Below are positions 61,613-64,000 of a DNA stretch of 64,000 bases, piece by piece. The DNA lies in the NCBI GenBank assembly GCA_963796105.1, contig CAWCKJ010000003.1, positions 376,353-440,352 of the forward strand, written 5' to 3'. Each line of letters starts with the position of its first letter. Positions within the stretch are counted from its first letter, which is position 1. The notes beneath the pieces are model-generated. The model was not told the DNA's origin. It saw only the letters and a list, made by a program, of their open reading frames with translations, and did not search any database. This DNA comes from a candidate division FCPU426 bacterium (GTDB taxonomy: Bacteria; Oederibacteriota; Muellerivitia; Muellerivitales; Muellerivitaceae). The position numbers and the translations under genes were made by a program.

Positions 61613-62365
61613 TTAAAAACTTAAAGCAATGGAACGCACAATCATATTCCAACCATCGACCATAATAAAAAGAAGAATTTTAAAAGGAAGGGATATTAAT
61701 ACTGGTGGCAACATCAGCATACCCATTGACATTAAAACTGAAGCAACCACCATATCGATTATCAAAAAAGGAATAAATATAATAAAACCCATTTCAAAAC
61801 CTCTTTTCAACTCACTTATAATGAAGGCTGGAATTAATACCCATGTGGATATATCTTCCGGTGTTTTGGGTCTAGTTGATTTAGATAAAGCTACAAAGAG
61901 AGCCAAATCTTTTTCGCGAGTTTGCTTAAGCATAAATTGTCGAATGGGACTTTCAGCATTTTTCAATGCTTCAACAGTTCCTATTTTATTTGAAAGAAAA
62001 GGAGTTATTGCCTCCTTATCAATTTTTGAAAACGTTGGTTGCATCGTAAAAAAAGTTAAAAACAACGCCAGGCCAACAAGGACCTGATTTGGGGGTACTT
62101 GTTGAGTCCCCAAAGCTTGTCTTAAAAAAGCTAAAATAACAACAATTCTTGTAAAAGAAGTCATCATTATCAATATCGCAGGAGCCAGGGATAATACTGT
62201 TAATACGAGAAGAATTTGAATGCTCATTGCAATATCTTGTGAATTTTTTGCCTGGTCTATACCAATTCTGATACTGGGAAAAGGAAAATCAGCAGCAAAA
62301 TTCAAGGAAGGAATAAAAAAACAAAAAATAATAACCGAATATATGAATTTATTCCCAGCCTTCAT
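61613..62365 (-). CDS. fliP: Flagellar export apparatus protein FliP
   Basis: 250 aa. Signal peptide. FTRIVVILAFLRQALGTQQVPPNQVLVGLALFLTFFTMQP is the FliP signature region. Confidence 0.9.
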   Translation of the reverse strand: MKAGNKFIYSVIIFCFFIPSLNFAADFPFPSIRIGIDQAKNSQDIAMSIQILLVLTVLSLAPAILIMMTSFTRIVVILAFLRQALGTQQVPPNQVLVGLALFLTFFTMQPTFSKIDKEAITPFLSNKIGTVEALKNAESPIRQFMLKQTREKDLALFVALSKSTRPKTPEDISTWVLIPAFIISELKRGFEMGFIIFIPFLIIDMVVASVLMSMGMLMLPPVLISLPFKILLFIMVDGWNMIVRSIALSF

Positions 62366-63057
62366 TGTTCCTCCGATTTATCCACATTTTCTTTTCTAAC
62401 CTTGATAATATTTTTTAAATTATTCAAATAACCACTTATGGCATCAGTACTTTCGCGAATTGAATTTTCAGCTCCATTTTTTTTAAAATTGATATCTTGT
62501 TTTTGAAGTTCACGGTTAAATATATTTTGAAATGCTTTTGGCAAATTTGTTTTTAAAGCTTCAATCTCTTCTGGCAACGTAATTATATCTAAACAATTTA
62601 TTTCCTCACGCCCCAAGCCAAGTATTAAAATTTTTCTTCCCACTTCAACTAAAAAAATCGCCTTTTGTGGGGCCAAATAAAGAGAAGTTAATACTTTAAC
62701 CGGTTTTCCTTCATTAAATTGCCTGGCCCAACCTCTTCTTTCCCAAATAACCTTTAATCCCCAAAGAGTTAAATAAATTATCGTAATAATTAGAACCAGA
62801 GCAAAAAGAATTTTTCCCATTGTATAAAATATACTTGGTGATGGGGTTTGATTTTCTAAAGGCAGGTTTAAAGGAAGGAGCGTATTTTCTTGGTTGTTTT
62901 TTATAATTTGATCTGTTTGAAAAATCAAACTTTGGGAGTCAACGGCGATTAATTTAGAAAGATTTAATACAAATATAAAAAAAACAAATAATGTCATCCG
63001 TCCAACCAATAAAAACAACTTTACAGAACGGTTAATATTAATCTTTATTAAAACCAT
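62362..63057 (-). CDS. fliO: FliO/FliZ-family flagellar biosynthesis protein
   Basis: 231 aa. Single TM helix. LYLAPQKAIFLVEVGRKILILGLG matches the FliO core. Position between fliN and fliP. Confidence 0.5.
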   Translation of the reverse strand: MVLIKININRSVKLFLLVGRMTLFVFFIFVLNLSKLIAVDSQSLIFQTDQIIKNNQENTLLPLNLPLENQTPSPSIFYTMGKILFALVLIITIIYLTLWGLKVIWERRGWARQFNEGKPVKVLTSLYLAPQKAIFLVEVGRKILILGLGREEINCLDIITLPEEIEALKTNLPKAFQNIFNRELQKQDINFKKNGAENSIRESTDAISGYLNNLKNIIKVRKENVDKSEEQ

Positions 63058-63083
63058 TGAAATTAGGCCACGCCTATTTGAAA

Positions 63084-63974
63084 TCAGGATTGAACCGCAG
63101 TTAACCGTTCCTCAGGATTCAGAATTTCCGTAATCCTAACACCAAAATTCTCATCGATAACAACAACTTCACCCTTTGCTATCAATTTTTCATTTATTAA
63201 TATATCAACAGCTTCTCCGGCTAATTTATCTAGTTCTACAACAGAACCAGGGGCCAATGCCAATATTTCCTTGACCAATTTTGTTGTTCTCCCCAATTCA
63301 ACTGTCATTTTTAAGGGGACATCCAGTAAAAGTCCAATATTTCCCTCAAGTGGACGGTTTGTTACCACGCTATCATTATTTTCCAAAACTACACCTCCTG
63401 CGATCTTTTTTTTATTCTCAAGTATAAACTCATCATTTGTTCCACTCAAAACCTGAAGAGCTTCTGATTCTTTATTAATAAATAAAGAACTTGCGACAAG
63501 ATCAGGAATACAAAACATAATTTCGCTTGATAATAGACCTTGAATAAATATTCCGAATGTTATAACAATTAAATTGTTTTCTTTTAAAAACAAAGTGCTT
63601 TTCGACAAAGAGGAATCAAAAAGTGAAATATCAACCAATTCTAAAGACTTGTTCGTTGTTGAATTTCTGATTCCATTATCCAGAGATTCAAGTAACTGTT
63701 GAACCACTTCTCGATACGCCGAAAAATGAAGTTCACTCATGATTTCAGCAGGTTGAGACCCGTCTTGCCCAATTAAAATGTCTGAAATTATAGTACAATC
63801 TCTCTCCTTCATTAAAAAAAGACCCGATGAATTCACTATACTAGAACTTTTAAATCTTGCGCAAACATATTTCCCACTTAAACTAAAAGATACGGAATTT
63901 AAGTCCTTATTAAATACATCAGAAAAGCTTACAGAAACATCCCTACCTAAAAGTTCAGTTAAAGAATGCGCCAT
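63084..63974 (-). CDS. fliN: Flagellar motor switch protein FliN/FliY-type (CheC-like N-terminal region + SpoA C-terminal domain)
   Basis: 296 aa. C-terminal [69 protein letters not shown] is a canonical FliN (SpoA) domain. The N-terminal half resembles FliY/CheC-like extensions. Confidence 0.7.
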   Translation of the reverse strand: MAHSLTELLGRDVSVSFSDVFNKDLNSVSFSLSGKYVCARFKSSSIVNSSGLFLMKERDCTIISDILIGQDGSQPAEIMSELHFSAYREVVQQLLESLDNGIRNSTTNKSLELVDISLFDSSLSKSTLFLKENNLIVITFGIFIQGLLSSEIMFCIPDLVASSLFINKESEALQVLSGTNDEFILENKKKIAGGVVLENNDSVVTNRPLEGNIGLLLDVPLKMTVELGRTTKLVKEILALAPGSVVELDKLAGEAVDILINEKLIAKGEVVVIDENFGVRITEILNPEERLTAVQS

Positions 63975-64000
63975 GCCAGAGGCTACGGACTCAGCGATAT

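Noticed and set aside
61326-61652. Longer 108-aa version of fliQ starting at 61652
   Set aside because: The N-terminal 19 aa are non-conserved and would overlap the fliP stop region. The internal ATG at 61595 has a good Shine-Dalgarno and gives the canonical FliQ length.

Overview
The window comes from a diderm bacterium: flagellar L- and P-ring genes (flgH, flgI) are present. Type IX (T9SS)-style C-terminal sorting domains and PorV-like outer-membrane barrels suggest an FCB-group-like lineage. It splits into two parts with different base composition.

Positions 1-24.3 kb are about 55-62% GC and hold housekeeping and secreted-protein genes, almost all on the minus strand. They include a 3'-truncated thiE, a PAP2 phosphatase, and a secreted CBM9-like glycoside hydrolase. 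The gltB-gltD glutamate synthase operon and tgt follow. Next come an OmpR-type winged-helix protein, a hypothetical protein with an HPr-like GLHxRP motif, and YjbQ. The remaining genes are a YadA-like trimeric autotransporter adhesin with Hep_Hag repeats, a 1265-aa SASA/SGNH esterase with a T9SS C-terminal sorting domain, an SDR, a DmpG-like aldolase, a hemerythrin and a PilZ protein. A tRNA-Phe(GAA) lies at 24.82 kb.

From the tRNA to the window end, GC falls stepwise from about 55% to about 33%. Nearly all of this part is one large minus-strand flagellar locus: fliN/Y-fliO-fliP-fliQ-fliR-flhB-flhA-flhF, then fliA (sigma-28), a FapA/DUF342 protein, an flhB-C-domain gene, flgF-flgG-flgA-flgH-flgI-flgJ (rod-binding), yvyF, flgM-flgN-flgK, a very long fliK, flgD, flgE and flbD.

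The unusual content is embedded in this locus. Four PorV-like (T9SS shuttle family, FadL-fold) outer-membrane barrel paralogues sit inside or beside the flagellar operons; one is fused to Fn3 domains. After flbD, where motA/motB/fliL/fliM are normally expected, lie a secreted Thr-Pro/Thr-Tyr-rich protein with a T9SS/FlgD-Ig-like C-terminal domain and a 1051-aa protein built from about five tandem 96-aa repeats.

Other notable elements: a GC-rich structured segment in an AT-rich flagellar leader; a 17-bp perfect inverted repeat pair and an intrinsic terminator inside the tgt-gltB intergenic/leader region; and a near-consensus sigma-28 promoter upstream of flgM. No transposase, integrase or CRISPR array was seen.
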